Source: Thermovirgaceae bacterium
GTDB taxonomy: Bacteria; Synergistota; Synergistia; Synergistales; Thermovirgaceae
DNA length: 12,467 nucleotides
Assembly (NCBI GenBank): GCA_046542505.1
Contig: JBKHBH010000060.1
Coordinates: 1-12,467 of the forward strand
Direction: 5' to 3'
Each line of letters starts with the position of its first letter. Position 1 is the first letter of the stretch. Below are positions 1 to 9,064 of the stretch, in pieces. A program made the translations under genes and the position numbers. The notes below the pieces were generated by a model that saw nothing but the letters and a program-made list of their open reading frames with translations, was not told the origin of the DNA and did not search any database.

Positions 1-87
1 GATCGTATTGTCGTCGAACTGCCTCCGCCTGAGGGGATAGGCTTTGCCCTCAGGGACAGGATAAGACGCGCGGCGGGCGTATCCTAG
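1..87 (+). CDS. 3' end (partial) of a probable Sua5/YwlC-type L-threonylcarbamoyladenylate synthase (SUA5 C-terminal domain)
   Basis: Frame +1 reads DRIVVELPPPEGIGFALRDRIRRAAGVS-stop (TAG 85-87). This resembles the 'I.vE.pp..GlG.Ai.dRl.RAA' C-terminus of Sua5-family proteins. Only 28 codons are visible. Confidence 0.75.
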   Translation, partial: DRIVVELPPPEGIGFALRDRIRRAAGVS

Positions 88-90
88 GGC

Positions 91-119
91 TTGCCAAAAC
101 GGGCGGCCGTTGCTACAAT
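91..119 (+). promoter_or_regulatory. Sigma70/SigA-type promoter for tRNA-Leu
   Basis: TTGCCA (91-96), 17-nt spacer, TACAAT (114-119), with extended -10 TG at 111-112. Ends 15 nt upstream of the tRNA 5' end. Confidence 0.75.
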
Positions 120-134
120 CATCGCCGTTGGAAC

Positions 135-220
135 GGGGAAGTGGCGGAATGGTAGACGCGCTGGCCTCAGGAGCCAGTGTCCGTAAGGATGTGGGGGTTC
201 GAATCCCCCCTTCCCCACCA
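135..220 (+). tRNA. tRNA-Leu, anticodon CAG (86 nt, long variable arm, encoded CCA)
   Basis: Acceptor stem GGGGAAG (135-141)/CTTCCCC (210-216), discriminator A and CCA (218-220). D arm TGGCGGAATGGTAGACGC. Anticodon stem CTGGC/GCCAG with loop CT-CAG-GA (anticodon 168-170). Variable arm TGTCCGTAAGGATGT. T arm GGGGG-TTCGAAT-CCCCC. Confidence 0.97.
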
Positions 221-226
221 TCCCGA

Positions 227-247
227 TACCCGGAGAAAATCCGGGTA
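227..247 (+). other. Perfect 8-bp hairpin just 3' of the tRNA
   Basis: TACCCGGA (227-234), loop GAAAA, TCCGGGTA (240-247). No U-tract follows, so it is not called a terminator. Confidence 0.55.
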
Positions 248-293
248 AGCAGCGGATAAAGGAGGCGCCTGTCCCTTACTACAAACAGGACAT

Positions 294-337
294 AAGGGTC
301 ATGCCGTGTCCCTTGACATGGCGTGACCCTTTCGTTA
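294..337 (+). terminator. Terminator/attenuator-like long hairpin between tRNA-Leu and rpoB
   Basis: AAGGGTCATGCCGTGTC (294-310), loop CCTT, GACATGGCGTGACCCTT (315-331): 17 bp including two G-U pairs. An imperfect U-tract TTTCGTTA (330-337) overlaps and follows the stem base. Confidence 0.55.
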
Positions 338-341
338 TCCT
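313..341 (+). promoter_or_regulatory. Putative sigma70/SigA promoter for rpoBC
   Basis: Consensus TTGACA (313-318), exactly 17 nt, TATCCT (336-341; TAnnnT core kept). About 60 nt upstream of the rpoB start. Confidence 0.6.
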
Positions 342-400
342 ATTGGTTTGTCACGTAAAGTTCCCCTAATCCCCTAATGCAGGGAGGTTGTGTTTCTCCC

Positions 401-3400
401 ATGGCCGAATTTGTTCCCGTGAGCAGCAAGCGACAGCGGCTGACCTTTGGCCGGGCCCACGATCTTGTCGAGCTTCCAGACCTGGTGGCCATCCAGAGGT
501 TTTCTTTCCGGTGGTTTTTCCAGTTTGACGAGGCGGGTGAACTCAAGGATGCCGCGGAACGAGAGAGCGTCGGTATCCAGGAGCTCTTCGACGAGATTTT
601 TCCGATCGAGAGTTACGACGGATCATTTGCCCTCGAATTTGTCGATTACGCCGTCGAACCGTCCTCGATCACCCAGGAGGAGGCCAGGCAACGAGACCTG
701 ACATGGTCCCGTCCGGTACGCGCCACCATCAGGCTCGTAAACAGAAAGACCTTGGAGATCAAGGAAGAAGATGTATATCTAGGTGATTTTCCCGCCATGA
801 CGGGCCGTGGAACCTTCATCATCAACGGCACGGAACGTGTTGTCGTCAACCAGCTGGCACGTTCGGCGGGCGTTTATTTCAGCGCCGAGGAAAGTGTGCC
901 CGGTCAGGAGCGGTACGCCGCCAAGGTCATCCCTGACAGGGGGGCTTGGCTCGAGTTCGATCTGACTCCGGGTGAAGTCGTTTCCGTCAATATCGACAAC
1001 AAGAAAAAGCTCCCCGTCACCATGCTTCTCAAGGCCTTCGGCGTGAAAGACAACGACGAGATCCTGCAGCTTTTCGGTGGCGTCGAAGAGCAGGTAGATC
1101 TCGTGGAAGACGAGGTGCGGGGGCATCTCATCGCAGAAAGCATCACCGACGAGTCAGGCCAGGTTTTGATCCAGAGGAACGACCGGATTACCAAGGAGCA
1201 CCTGGAAACGTTGTGGGACCAGGGCCGCACCAAGGTGTGGATCTGGAAGGTCAATCCGGCCCTTGCGGCGACCCTTGAAAGAGACGCCACCCGAACGGGC
1301 GACGACGCCGTCCTTGAAATATTCCGAAGGCTGAGGCCGAACGAACCCGCTCGGATGGAAAATGCACGGGAATATGTCTACGGACTTTTCTTTGACTCCA
1401 GACGTTACAACCTCGGACGAGTGGGTCGCTACAAGATGAACAGGAGACTCAGTCTCGAGATTTCGGAGACGACGCGTCTTCTGACGGTCGAAGACGTGGT
1501 GAGCATCGTCAAGGAGCTTTTGGGCCTCCGAAAAGGCGAAGGCCGTGTCGACGACATCGACCATCTCGGAAACCGTCGGGTTCGCGCCGTCGGTGAGCTT
1601 TTGCAGAACCAGGTCCGGATTGGTCTTCTCAGGATGGAGCGAATCGCCAAGGAACGTATGACCACTATTCCGGATCTCAGCCAGGCTACGGCCAGGGATC
1701 TCATCAATGTGCGCCCCGTGTCGGCGTCGCTTCGGGAATTTTTTGGATCTGGCCAGCTTTCGCAGTTCATGGACCAGACCAATCCCCTAGCGGAACTGAC
1801 CCATAGACGGCGCCTGTCGGCGCTGGGTCCCGGCGGCTTGAGCAGGGAACGTGCCGGATTCGAGGCCAGGGACGTTCACTATACCCATTATGGGCGAGTC
1901 TGCCCCATAGAAACGCCTGAAGGGCCGAACATCGGTCTGGTCACCTCCCTTGCGGTTTATGCCAGGATCAACGAATATGGTTTTCTCCAGTCGCCGAAAA
2001 GGAAGGTCAGGGGCGGATTGGTAACCAACGAGGTTGAATATCTCTCGGCCGACGAGGAAGACGTTTTCTACGTGGGCAGGGCGAACACACCACTGAACCC
2101 GGACGGAACATTGGCGGAGGAAGAAGTGCACGTCAGGTACCGTGACGACATCGTGGAAGTTCCGCCGGAAGAAGTGGAATACCTTGATATCTCGCCGAAG
2201 CAGATCGTTTCGGCTTCGACCGCTCTGATACCGTTCCTCGAGCATGACGACGCGAACCGGGCTCTCATGGGATCGAACATGCAGCGTCAGGCCGTTCCCC
2301 TCATCGAGGCCGAGGCTCCTCGCATTGGAACGGGGATAGAGGCAAGGATTGCCAAGGATTCCGGCTCCTGTGTCACGGCCGGCCGGCCGGGCGTTGTTGC
2401 CTATGTAGACTCCAGAAAGGTCATCGTACAGCCGGAAGACGGCGGAAAACCCGATGAATACTCCCTCGTGAAGTTCAGACGGTCCAACCAGGGGACAATC
2501 ATTCACCAGAAACCCGTCGTTACCGTCGGAGAAACTCTCGCCGAGGGAGACATCCTGGCTGACGGCCAGTCCGTCGACCGCGGAGAACTGGCCCTCGGCA
2601 GGAATGTCCGTGTGGCCTTCGTCTCCTGGGAAGGGTACAACTACGAGGACGCCATCCTGGTGAGCGAGAGGCTCGTCAAGGAGGACATGTACACCTCCAT
2701 ACACATTGAAGAATACGAAATGGAGGCCAGGGACACGAAGCTTGGCCCTGAGGAGATTACCAGGGATATCCCGAATGTCGGCGAAGACGCCCTGAAAAAC
2801 CTCGACGAGACGGGTGTCGTTAGGGTAGGAGCCGAGGTTCTCGCCGGCGATATTCTTGTCGGGAAGGTGACCCCGAAGGGAGAGACGGATCAGACTCCGG
2901 AGGAGAAACTGCTCCGCGCCATTTTTGGCGAAAAGGCGAGGGAAGTCCGGGATACGTCCCTCAGGATTCCCCACGGAGAAGGTGGCAAGGTGGTCGCCGT
3001 CAAGCGTTTGAGCAGACTTGAAAACGGCGACGAACTCAGCCCCGGCGTGAACGAGGTCGTCAAAGTTTATGTGGCCCAGCTCAGGAAGATCACCGTGGGC
3101 GACAAGATGGCCGGGCGGCACGGAAACAAGGGAGTTGTTTCGAGGATCCTTCCAGAAGAGGACATGCCTTATCTGCCTGACGGGACTCCCATCGACGTTG
3201 TGCTAAATCCTCTCGGGGTCCCGAGCCGGATGAACCTTGGTCAGGTGCTGGAGACCATCATGGGCTTCGTCGCCGAACAGCAGGACTGGTACGTCTCGAC
3301 GCCGGTTTTCGAGGGGGCGAAGGAAGATGAGATCTTTGAGCTGATCGGAAACCTTCGAAACGAAGGATTCCCTTGGCTCACCGAGGACGGAAGCATTACC

Positions 3401-3997
3401 CTGTACGACGGTCGGACGGGGGAGCCCATGGAGTACCCTGTCACAGTGGGATCCATGTACATGATGAAACTGATCCACCTCGTGGACGACAAGATTCACG
3501 CGAGATCCATCGGACCCTACAGCCTGATTACCCAGCAACCCCTGGGGGGGAAGGCCCAGTTCGGCGGGCAGCGTTTCGGCGAAATGGAAGTCTGGGCTCT
3601 TGAAGGGTATGGGGCGGCCCATGTGCTTCAGGAGATGCTGACCGTTAAGTCCGATGACATCAGGGGCCGATTGAAGACCTACGAGCGCATTGTGAAAGGG
3701 CAGAACCTGTCCGATCCGGGAGTCCCGGAAAGCTTCAGGGTGCTTGTCAAGGAACTGCAGGGGCTCGGCCTTGATGTGGAAATCTCCTATGATGACGGGA
3801 GTCATGGAGAACTCGTCTACGAAGACGAGGAGGAGTCTTTCGCGCGGCAGGGGCGTGGCCGCGCTGAACGCGCCGAGGAGAGCCCCGCGCGCCGTATGGA
3901 GGATATGTTTATTGATCCCGATCAGGATGGCCGCAAGGGGCAGGAGCAGACTTCCAATAAAGGTGCTCAGGACCCTAAAGAGGGGGCTGATGGATAA
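401..3997 (+). CDS. rpoB: DNA-directed RNA polymerase subunit beta (1198 aa from ATG 401)
   Basis: Conserved motifs [77 protein letters not shown] and [14 protein letters not shown]. Start placed at ATG 401 rather than 377 because the SD AGGGAGG (381-387) lies downstream of 377. Confidence 0.98.
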   Translation: MAEFVPVSSKRQRLTFGRAHDLVELPDLVAIQRFSFRWFFQFDEAGELKDAAERESVGIQELFDEIFPIESYDGSFALEFVDYAVEPSSITQEEARQRDLTWSRPVRATIRLVNRKTLEIKEEDVYLGDFPAMTGRGTFIINGTERVVVNQLARSAGVYFSAEESVPGQERYAAKVIPDRGAWLEFDLTPGEVVSVNIDNKKKLPVTMLLKAFGVKDNDEILQLFGGVEEQVDLVEDEVRGHLIAESITDESGQVLIQRNDRITKEHLETLWDQGRTKVWIWKVNPALAATLERDATRTGDDAVLEIFRRLRPNEPARMENAREYVYGLFFDSRRYNLGRVGRYKMNRRLSLEISETTRLLTVEDVVSIVKELLGLRKGEGRVDDIDHLGNRRVRAVGELLQNQVRIGLLRMERIAKERMTTIPDLSQATARDLINVRPVSASLREFFGSGQLSQFMDQTNPLAELTHRRRLSALGPGGLSRERAGFEARDVHYTHYGRVCPIETPEGPNIGLVTSLAVYARINEYGFLQSPKRKVRGGLVTNEVEYLSADEEDVFYVGRANTPLNPDGTLAEEEVHVRYRDDIVEVPPEEVEYLDISPKQIVSASTALIPFLEHDDANRALMGSNMQRQAVPLIEAEAPRIGTGIEARIAKDSGSCVTAGRPGVVAYVDSRKVIVQPEDGGKPDEYSLVKFRRSNQGTIIHQKPVVTVGETLAEGDILADGQSVDRGELALGRNVRVAFVSWEGYNYEDAILVSERLVKEDMYTSIHIEEYEMEARDTKLGPEEITRDIPNVGEDALKNLDETGVVRVGAEVLAGDILVGKVTPKGETDQTPEEKLLRAIFGEKAREVRDTSLRIPHGEGGKVVAVKRLSRLENGDELSPGVNEVVKVYVAQLRKITVGDKMAGRHGNKGVVSRILPEEDMPYLPDGTPIDVVLNPLGVPSRMNLGQVLETIMGFVAEQQDWYVSTPVFEGAKEDEIFELIGNLRNEGFPWLTEDGSITLYDGRTGEPMEYPVTVGSMYMMKLIHLVDDKIHARSIGPYSLITQQPLGGKAQFGGQRFGEMEVWALEGYGAAHVLQEMLTVKSDDIRGRLKTYERIVKGQNLSDPGVPESFRVLVKELQGLGLDVEISYDDGSHGELVYEDEEESFARQGRGRAERAEESPARRMEDMFIDPDQDGRKGQEQTSNKGAQDPKEGADG

Positions 3998-6900
3998 ATG
4001 AGCCGTAAGGAAATAGCCGGAGTCCGGATAAAGCTGGCCAGTCCGGAAAAGATCCGCGGACTTTCCAGCGGAGAGGTCAAAAAGCCGGAGACTATCAATT
4101 ACAGGACACTACGCCCAGAGAAGGACGGGCTTTTTTGCGAGCGTATTTTCGGCCCGACAAAAAGCTACGAGTGCGCCTGTGGAAAATACAAACGCAGCGG
4201 CCCGAAATTCAAGGGGGTCGTCTGCGACAGGTGCGGTGTGGAAATCGCCGATAGTCGCGTCAGGCGCGAACGCATGGGTCACATTGAGCTCGCCGCACCA
4301 GTCATCCATATCTGGTACCTGAGAGGGATACCCAGCCGATTGAGCCTTCTCTTGGGCACTTCGACCAAGGACCTTGAGAAGGTCGTATATTTTGCTCCCA
4401 CAAGGCGGCGGGAACCGGTCTACAAGGTCGTTATCGAGGGTCGCAGGACGGACCTTCTCAAAAGAGGAGATCTCATAGCCGCGTGCGAGGAACGGATCCA
4501 CCGTCATTTCGATCACAAGTTCAAGTCCGAGGAAGCCTACAGGGTGACCCAGGCCGATGATGTACCCGTCAACGAGAGGGATGTTATTTCCGCCGAACAG
4601 GTCGGACTCCTGAAGCGGGACTTCGGTGACTCCCTCTTCCACGTCGAGCCGGCTTTCAGGGTTACCGAAACCACGGAGGACGGAAGGTACGAAGAAGGCC
4701 GGATTCTTTCCCGTTCGGAACTGGACTCCCTGAAGAAAGAAGGAACGGGTCCGCAGACGGAACGCGCAATGGCAGGGAACCAGGAGGGTTTCGTCGTGAC
4801 GGCTGTTTCCCATCTTCCCTTTGTCAAAGGCGATGTTATCTCCTCAAGCGAATATCAGCTCTTCTTCCAGAAGTATCCGGGGAGATTCGCCGTCCAGCCG
4901 GAAACCATCACCATCGAAGACCCTTGTTATATCGTCATCAACGGCGGGGACTCGCCCTTCGAGACGGGGTCCATCATCCTGGAGCGTGAGCAGGATCTGT
5001 GTGTCGCCTATGACAAGGAATTTGACGCGGGGATTGGCGCGGAAGGCGTCGTCTCGCTTTTGGGAAAACTCGAACTCGAGGAGCTCAGCGCTTCGCTCAG
5101 GGAGGAGATTGCGGAGACGACGGGACAGAAAAAACGGAAGCTCATCAAGAGACTTCAGGTCGTCGAGGATTTCCGCAAGAGCGACAGCAAGCCCGAGTGG
5201 ATGGTTCTCGAGGTTTTGCCGGTCATTCCGCCGGAACTCCGTCCCATGGTGCAACTCGATGGCGGCCGTTTTGCCACCTCGGACCTGAACGATCTGTACC
5301 GGCGGGTCATCAACAGAAACAACAGGCTGAGGAAGCTCCAGGAACTGCGGGCTCCCGAGATCATCATCCGGAACGAGAAAAGAATGCTCCAGGAATCGGT
5401 GGATGCCCTTGTGGACAATGGTCGAATGGGCAAGGCCGTTCTGGGTGCGGGCAACAGACCACTGAAGAGCCTCACGGACCTTTTGCGGGGCAAGAAGGGG
5501 AGGTTCCGGCAGAATCTTCTCGGGAAACGGGTGGACTATTCCGGAAGATCCGTCATCGTCATCGGCCCGAACCTGAAGCTTCACCAGTGCGGGTTGCCGA
5601 AGCAGATGGCCCTGGAGCTTTTCAAGCCCTTTGTCATAGAGAAACTCGTCGAGCGTGGGCTGGCACCAAATGTGAAGAGTGCGAAGCGTGTCATCGAACG
5701 GGGCAGGGAGGATGTCTGGGGAATCCTCGAGGAGGTCATCCAGGGGCATTCAGTCCTGCTGAACCGTGCTCCTACCCTTCACAGACTGGGGATTCAGGCC
5801 TTTGAACCCGTCCTGATGGAAGGGAAGGCAATACGCCTTCATCCCCTTGTCTGTTCGGCCTTCAACGCTGACTTTGACGGAGACCAGATGGCCGTGCACG
5901 TGCCCCTTTCCATCGAAGCAAGGGTGGAAGCCCAAATGATCATGCTCTCGGCGAAGAACCTGCTGTCTCCGGCCAGCGGGAAAGCCGTGGTGACGCCCTC
6001 CCAGGATATTGTTTTCGGGATGTATTACCTGACGGGAATGCGCAACGGGATGAAGGGCGAAGGTTCTTCGTTCACGAGCATAGACGATGCCTTGTGCGCC
6101 CTTGATCATGGAGTGGTCCACGTAAACAGCAGGATCCGTCTCAAGGTCAAGGAAGAGTGGATAGAGACTTCCCCAGGAAGAGCTCTTTTCAACAGCGTTA
6201 TCCCCGAGGATCTGCGCTACATCAACAAGCAGATGAACAAGAAGACCCTCGGCCTTCTGATAGATACGGCCTACGACAGGGTTGGCAGGGAAAAGCTTGT
6301 AAAGACTCTCGACGCGATCAAGTCCCTCGGGTACCACTGGGCGACCGTCAGCGGTCTCAGCCTGGGGCTGAAATTCCTGTTGATACCGCCGAAGAAGAAA
6401 ACCATTGTCGAGACGACCATGGGACAGGAGAAAGAACTGTCATCACAGTATGAAATGGGTATTTTGACCGAGGATGAGTACCTGAGGCAGAAAGAAACCC
6501 TGTGGTCCGAGGCTTCCAGGGAAGCGGCCGATTCCATAATCGCGAATATGGATGAGTCGAACCCGCTCAGGATGATGGTCGAGTCGGGAGCCAGGGGAAG
6601 CAAGAGCCAGATTGCCCAGATGGCTGGCATCCGAGGCCTTATGGCAGATCCTTCGGGCCGCATCATCGACTATCCGATTGTCTCGAATTTCCGTGAGGGA
6701 CTGAACATGCTTGAATATTTCATCTCCACTCACGGGGCAAGGAAGGGCCTCGCGGACACGGCTCTCAGGACAGCCAAGTCGGGGTACCTGACACGGAGAC
6801 TGGTCGACGTGGCGCAAGATCTCATCGTGACAGCCGAGGATTGCGGAACGAACGAGGGAATCTGCATCAGGCCCCTGAAACAGGATGACAAGATCGTGAT

Positions 6901-8971
6901 TCACCTCAGCGAGCGGATTGCGGGGAGAACCGTCCTGGAAGATATCAGACACCCGGAAACGGGAGAGCTCATTATCAGCAACGGAAAGATCATCACCAAT
7001 GATATCGCGTCCCGGATCGAGAGCGCCGGCCTTGAGGAAGTCTGGGTGAGGAGCCCCATGACCTGCGCGTTACAAAACGGAGTATGCCAGAAATGCTACG
7101 GAACTGACCTTTCATCCAGACACCCCGTAGCAATAGGCGAGACCGTCGGTGTTGTCGCCGCCCAGTCCATCGGAGAACCGGGAACGCAGCTCACCATGCG
7201 CACTTTTCACACCGGAGGCGTACGTCTTACCGGCGAGGACATCACCCAGGGCCTCCCGAGGATCGAACAGCTTTTCGAGGTCAGACGGCCCAAGAAGGTT
7301 GCCCTTCTTGCCTACAAGGAAGGCGTGGTCACAGAGATAAGGGAAATGGAAGGCAAGAGAAAGGTTTTCGTGATGACCACCGACGAGACCGGGAGCGAGC
7401 AGAAGATTTCCTACAATGTGCCCGCGTCGCAGAACCTTCTTGTAGAAGAAGGTCAGCGGATAGAAAAGGGCGACCCTCTTACTGAGGGCTATCCCGATCC
7501 GCAGCAGATCCTCGAAGTCAGCGGACTCGAAGAGGTGCAGCATTACCTGGTCGACAACATCCAGGCCGTTTACCGCTCCCAGGGTGTTTCGATCAACAAC
7601 AAGCACATCGAGGTCATCCTCAGGAAGGTGGCGCCCGTAAACAGGGTCAGGATCGCCGAGGAAGGCGACAGCTCCTTCGTGGCGAACGAACTCGTCTGGT
7701 ACAGGGATTTCGAAAAGGAAGTGGAGGAAATACAGTCCGACAACAACCGGTACCTTGATGAGGCCATAACAAAGATCAGTGGGAAGGTACTGAAAGAAAT
7801 CCAGGGACAGGGCAATCTTGAAAACGCGTTGCCCTTCAAGGGAGAAAAGCTTGACAAAGGCAACATTCGTCAGATCCTGAGGCCCGGCACGGGTGTGACT
7901 GAAATTACACTCGCCGATGAAGAGGGAAGGCTGCGGTTGATCCTCGGTGAGGCCTCTTTCAGGCGGGAAATGGAAGGTCTTGAGCTTATCGAATCCGTTG
8001 AAACCGGAGACGGAAAGACCGTCGAAGCAGGGTCCGTACTGACCATAGGACAACTGATGCTCGTGACCAGAAATGCTCCCGTCGATATCTGGGTTCGGGA
8101 TCTGGATGTTCTTGAATCGCTCGAAGGAAAGGCCTATCTTGCCGAGGATGTAAAAGACGGCGATAAAACCGTGGCCGAAAAGGATCAACTTTTGACCACC
8201 GAAACGGCGCAAAATCTCCGTCGTTTGAACGCCCACCGGATCAAGGTGTGGCGGGCGCCTGAGACGGTTATCATCCCGGACGCCATGCAGAAGACGCTTA
8301 TCGACAAGGTATGGGGCAGGCCGCTTTCAAAGGCGATAGACGCCGATGGCAACGAAGTGTCCGACATCTCCCACATGGTGGATGGGAGAGTCGTCAGAGG
8401 ACTTGTGGAAGGGGACCTCACGGCTGTAGAGATAGAAGGCCAGATCCATACGCGGGATTCAATTCTCCATGAGGTGCTCACTGATGTGGCCTATGGGAAG
8501 GTCCTGCTCGAGGATGTCACCGACCGCAAAATGAATGTCGTCGCCAGAGCGGGCAAGGAAGTCAATCACCAGGTTCTGGATGCCATTGTCGCGGCGGATC
8601 CGGACGAACTTGTCGTAAGACCCATTTCCACACAGTCGGAAACGAAAAGCCTGATTCATCGGGTGTCTTTCGTCAGGCGCCTCAGGGAAGAACCTGTATG
8701 GAAACCCGTGATTCACGGTATCACCAAGGCCGCACTGGCCACTGACAGTTTCCTGAGCGCGGCATCCTTTCAGCAGACAGCTCAGGTCCTTGCCGGAGCA
8801 GCCGTCCGGGGTGATTTTGACGATCTCAAGGGATTGAAGGAGAACGTAATTATAGGACATCTCATCCCCGCCGGTACCGGTTCCGAAGAATACCGGAAAG
8901 TCGAGATCGTGCCTGTTGATGAGAAAAGAGAACCCGAGAGGGCCGCGGCGGAGCCTGTCGTAGACATATAA
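3998..8971 (+). CDS. rpoC: DNA-directed RNA polymerase subunit beta' (1657 aa, two large lineage-specific insertions)
   Basis: [14 protein letters not shown]-terminal Zn finger CAC...[24 protein letters not shown], catalytic NADFDGD (5864-5884), bridge helix [23 protein letters not shown], trigger loop TMRTFHTGG, and [17 protein letters not shown]. The ATG directly follows the rpoB TAA. Confidence 0.98.
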   Translation: MSRKEIAGVRIKLASPEKIRGLSSGEVKKPETINYRTLRPEKDGLFCERIFGPTKSYECACGKYKRSGPKFKGVVCDRCGVEIADSRVRRERMGHIELAAPVIHIWYLRGIPSRLSLLLGTSTKDLEKVVYFAPTRRREPVYKVVIEGRRTDLLKRGDLIAACEERIHRHFDHKFKSEEAYRVTQADDVPVNERDVISAEQVGLLKRDFGDSLFHVEPAFRVTETTEDGRYEEGRILSRSELDSLKKEGTGPQTERAMAGNQEGFVVTAVSHLPFVKGDVISSSEYQLFFQKYPGRFAVQPETITIEDPCYIVINGGDSPFETGSIILEREQDLCVAYDKEFDAGIGAEGVVSLLGKLELEELSASLREEIAETTGQKKRKLIKRLQVVEDFRKSDSKPEWMVLEVLPVIPPELRPMVQLDGGRFATSDLNDLYRRVINRNNRLRKLQELRAPEIIIRNEKRMLQESVDALVDNGRMGKAVLGAGNRPLKSLTDLLRGKKGRFRQNLLGKRVDYSGRSVIVIGPNLKLHQCGLPKQMALELFKPFVIEKLVERGLAPNVKSAKRVIERGREDVWGILEEVIQGHSVLLNRAPTLHRLGIQAFEPVLMEGKAIRLHPLVCSAFNADFDGDQMAVHVPLSIEARVEAQMIMLSAKNLLSPASGKAVVTPSQDIVFGMYYLTGMRNGMKGEGSSFTSIDDALCALDHGVVHVNSRIRLKVKEEWIETSPGRALFNSVIPEDLRYINKQMNKKTLGLLIDTAYDRVGREKLVKTLDAIKSLGYHWATVSGLSLGLKFLLIPPKKKTIVETTMGQEKELSSQYEMGILTEDEYLRQKETLWSEASREAADSIIANMDESNPLRMMVESGARGSKSQIAQMAGIRGLMADPSGRIIDYPIVSNFREGLNMLEYFISTHGARKGLADTALRTAKSGYLTRRLVDVAQDLIVTAEDCGTNEGICIRPLKQDDKIVIHLSERIAGRTVLEDIRHPETGELIISNGKIITNDIASRIESAGLEEVWVRSPMTCALQNGVCQKCYGTDLSSRHPVAIGETVGVVAAQSIGEPGTQLTMRTFHTGGVRLTGEDITQGLPRIEQLFEVRRPKKVALLAYKEGVVTEIREMEGKRKVFVMTTDETGSEQKISYNVPASQNLLVEEGQRIEKGDPLTEGYPDPQQILEVSGLEEVQHYLVDNIQAVYRSQGVSINNKHIEVILRKVAPVNRVRIAEEGDSSFVANELVWYRDFEKEVEEIQSDNNRYLDEAITKISGKVLKEIQGQGNLENALPFKGEKLDKGNIRQILRPGTGVTEITLADEEGRLRLILGEASFRREMEGLELIESVETGDGKTVEAGSVLTIGQLMLVTRNAPVDIWVRDLDVLESLEGKAYLAEDVKDGDKTVAEKDQLLTTETAQNLRRLNAHRIKVWRAPETVIIPDAMQKTLIDKVWGRPLSKAIDADGNEVSDISHMVDGRVVRGLVEGDLTAVEIEGQIHTRDSILHEVLTDVAYGKVLLEDVTDRKMNVVARAGKEVNHQVLDAIVAADPDELVVRPISTQSETKSLIHRVSFVRRLREEPVWKPVIHGITKAALATDSFLSAASFQQTAQVLAGAAVRGDFDDLKGLKENVIIGHLIPAGTGSEEYRKVEIVPVDEKREPERAAAEPVVDI

Positions 8972-9005
8972 AGATAAAATTGGGTGTTATCTTCTGCAAG
9001 TCGTC

Positions 9006-9034
9006 TTGACACGTTCATGTGGCGTTGCTATCAT
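9006..9034 (+). promoter_or_regulatory. Near-consensus sigma70/SigA promoter for the L7Ae-rpsL-rpsG-fusA-tuf (str) operon
   Basis: TTGACA (9006-9011), 17 nt, TATCAT (9029-9034), with extended -10 TG at 9026-9027, in the rpoC-L7Ae spacer. Confidence 0.8.
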
Positions 9035-9064
9035 TTGCCGGTGTCCTTTCAAGGGGGGATTCTT

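Noticed and set aside
28..54. 8-bp inverted repeat CCTGAGGG/CCCTCAGG
   Set aside because: It lies inside the upstream CDS, has an 11-nt loop and no U-tract, and is plausibly chance.
377..400. Longer rpoB start at ATG 377 (MQGGCVSP extension)
   Set aside because: There is no SD upstream of 377, and the extension contains the SD for ATG 401.
135..400. Integrated element or att site at tRNA-Leu
   Set aside because: There is no integrase and no duplicated tRNA 3' end in the window. The TTCCCC at 361-366 is too short to count.
1745..1825. Possible intrinsic rifampicin resistance in RpoB cluster I
   Set aside because: Positions equivalent to E. coli Q513, D516, H526, R529, S531 and L533 are intact. 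The differences (S509G, N518T, S522A, I524L, K527R, I530L) look like natural variation and do not support a resistance call.
1787..3121. 444-aa antisense ORF, and the other long minus-strand ORFs (e.g. 4844-5749, 7112-8236, 9561-10385, 11644-12348)
   Set aside because: They lie opposite highly conserved essential genes and show no recognisable motifs. Such shadow frames are expected from codon bias in GC-rich coding DNA.
5197..5805. Alternative-frame + strand ORFs within rpoB/rpoC (e.g. 202 aa at 5197-5805, 155 aa at 4821-5288)
   Set aside because: They are off-frame overlaps of conserved coding sequence with biased composition, and nothing supports independent translation.
7745..8685. Intein or mobile intron explanation for the RpoC insertions
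   Set aside because: The frame is continuous, with no Cys/Ser...His-Asn splice junctions and no LAGLIDADG/HNH motif. The inserts resemble RNAP's own modules.
8971..9008. Intrinsic terminator after rpoC
   Set aside because: Only weak hairpins are present (AAGATAA/TTATCTT and CAAG/CTTG), without a proper U-tract. Read-through into the str operon is likely.
8984..9064. 27-aa N-terminal extension of the L7Ae-like ORF
   Set aside because: It overlaps the TTGACA/TATCAT promoter and lacks an SD. GTG 9065 gives a family-typical length.
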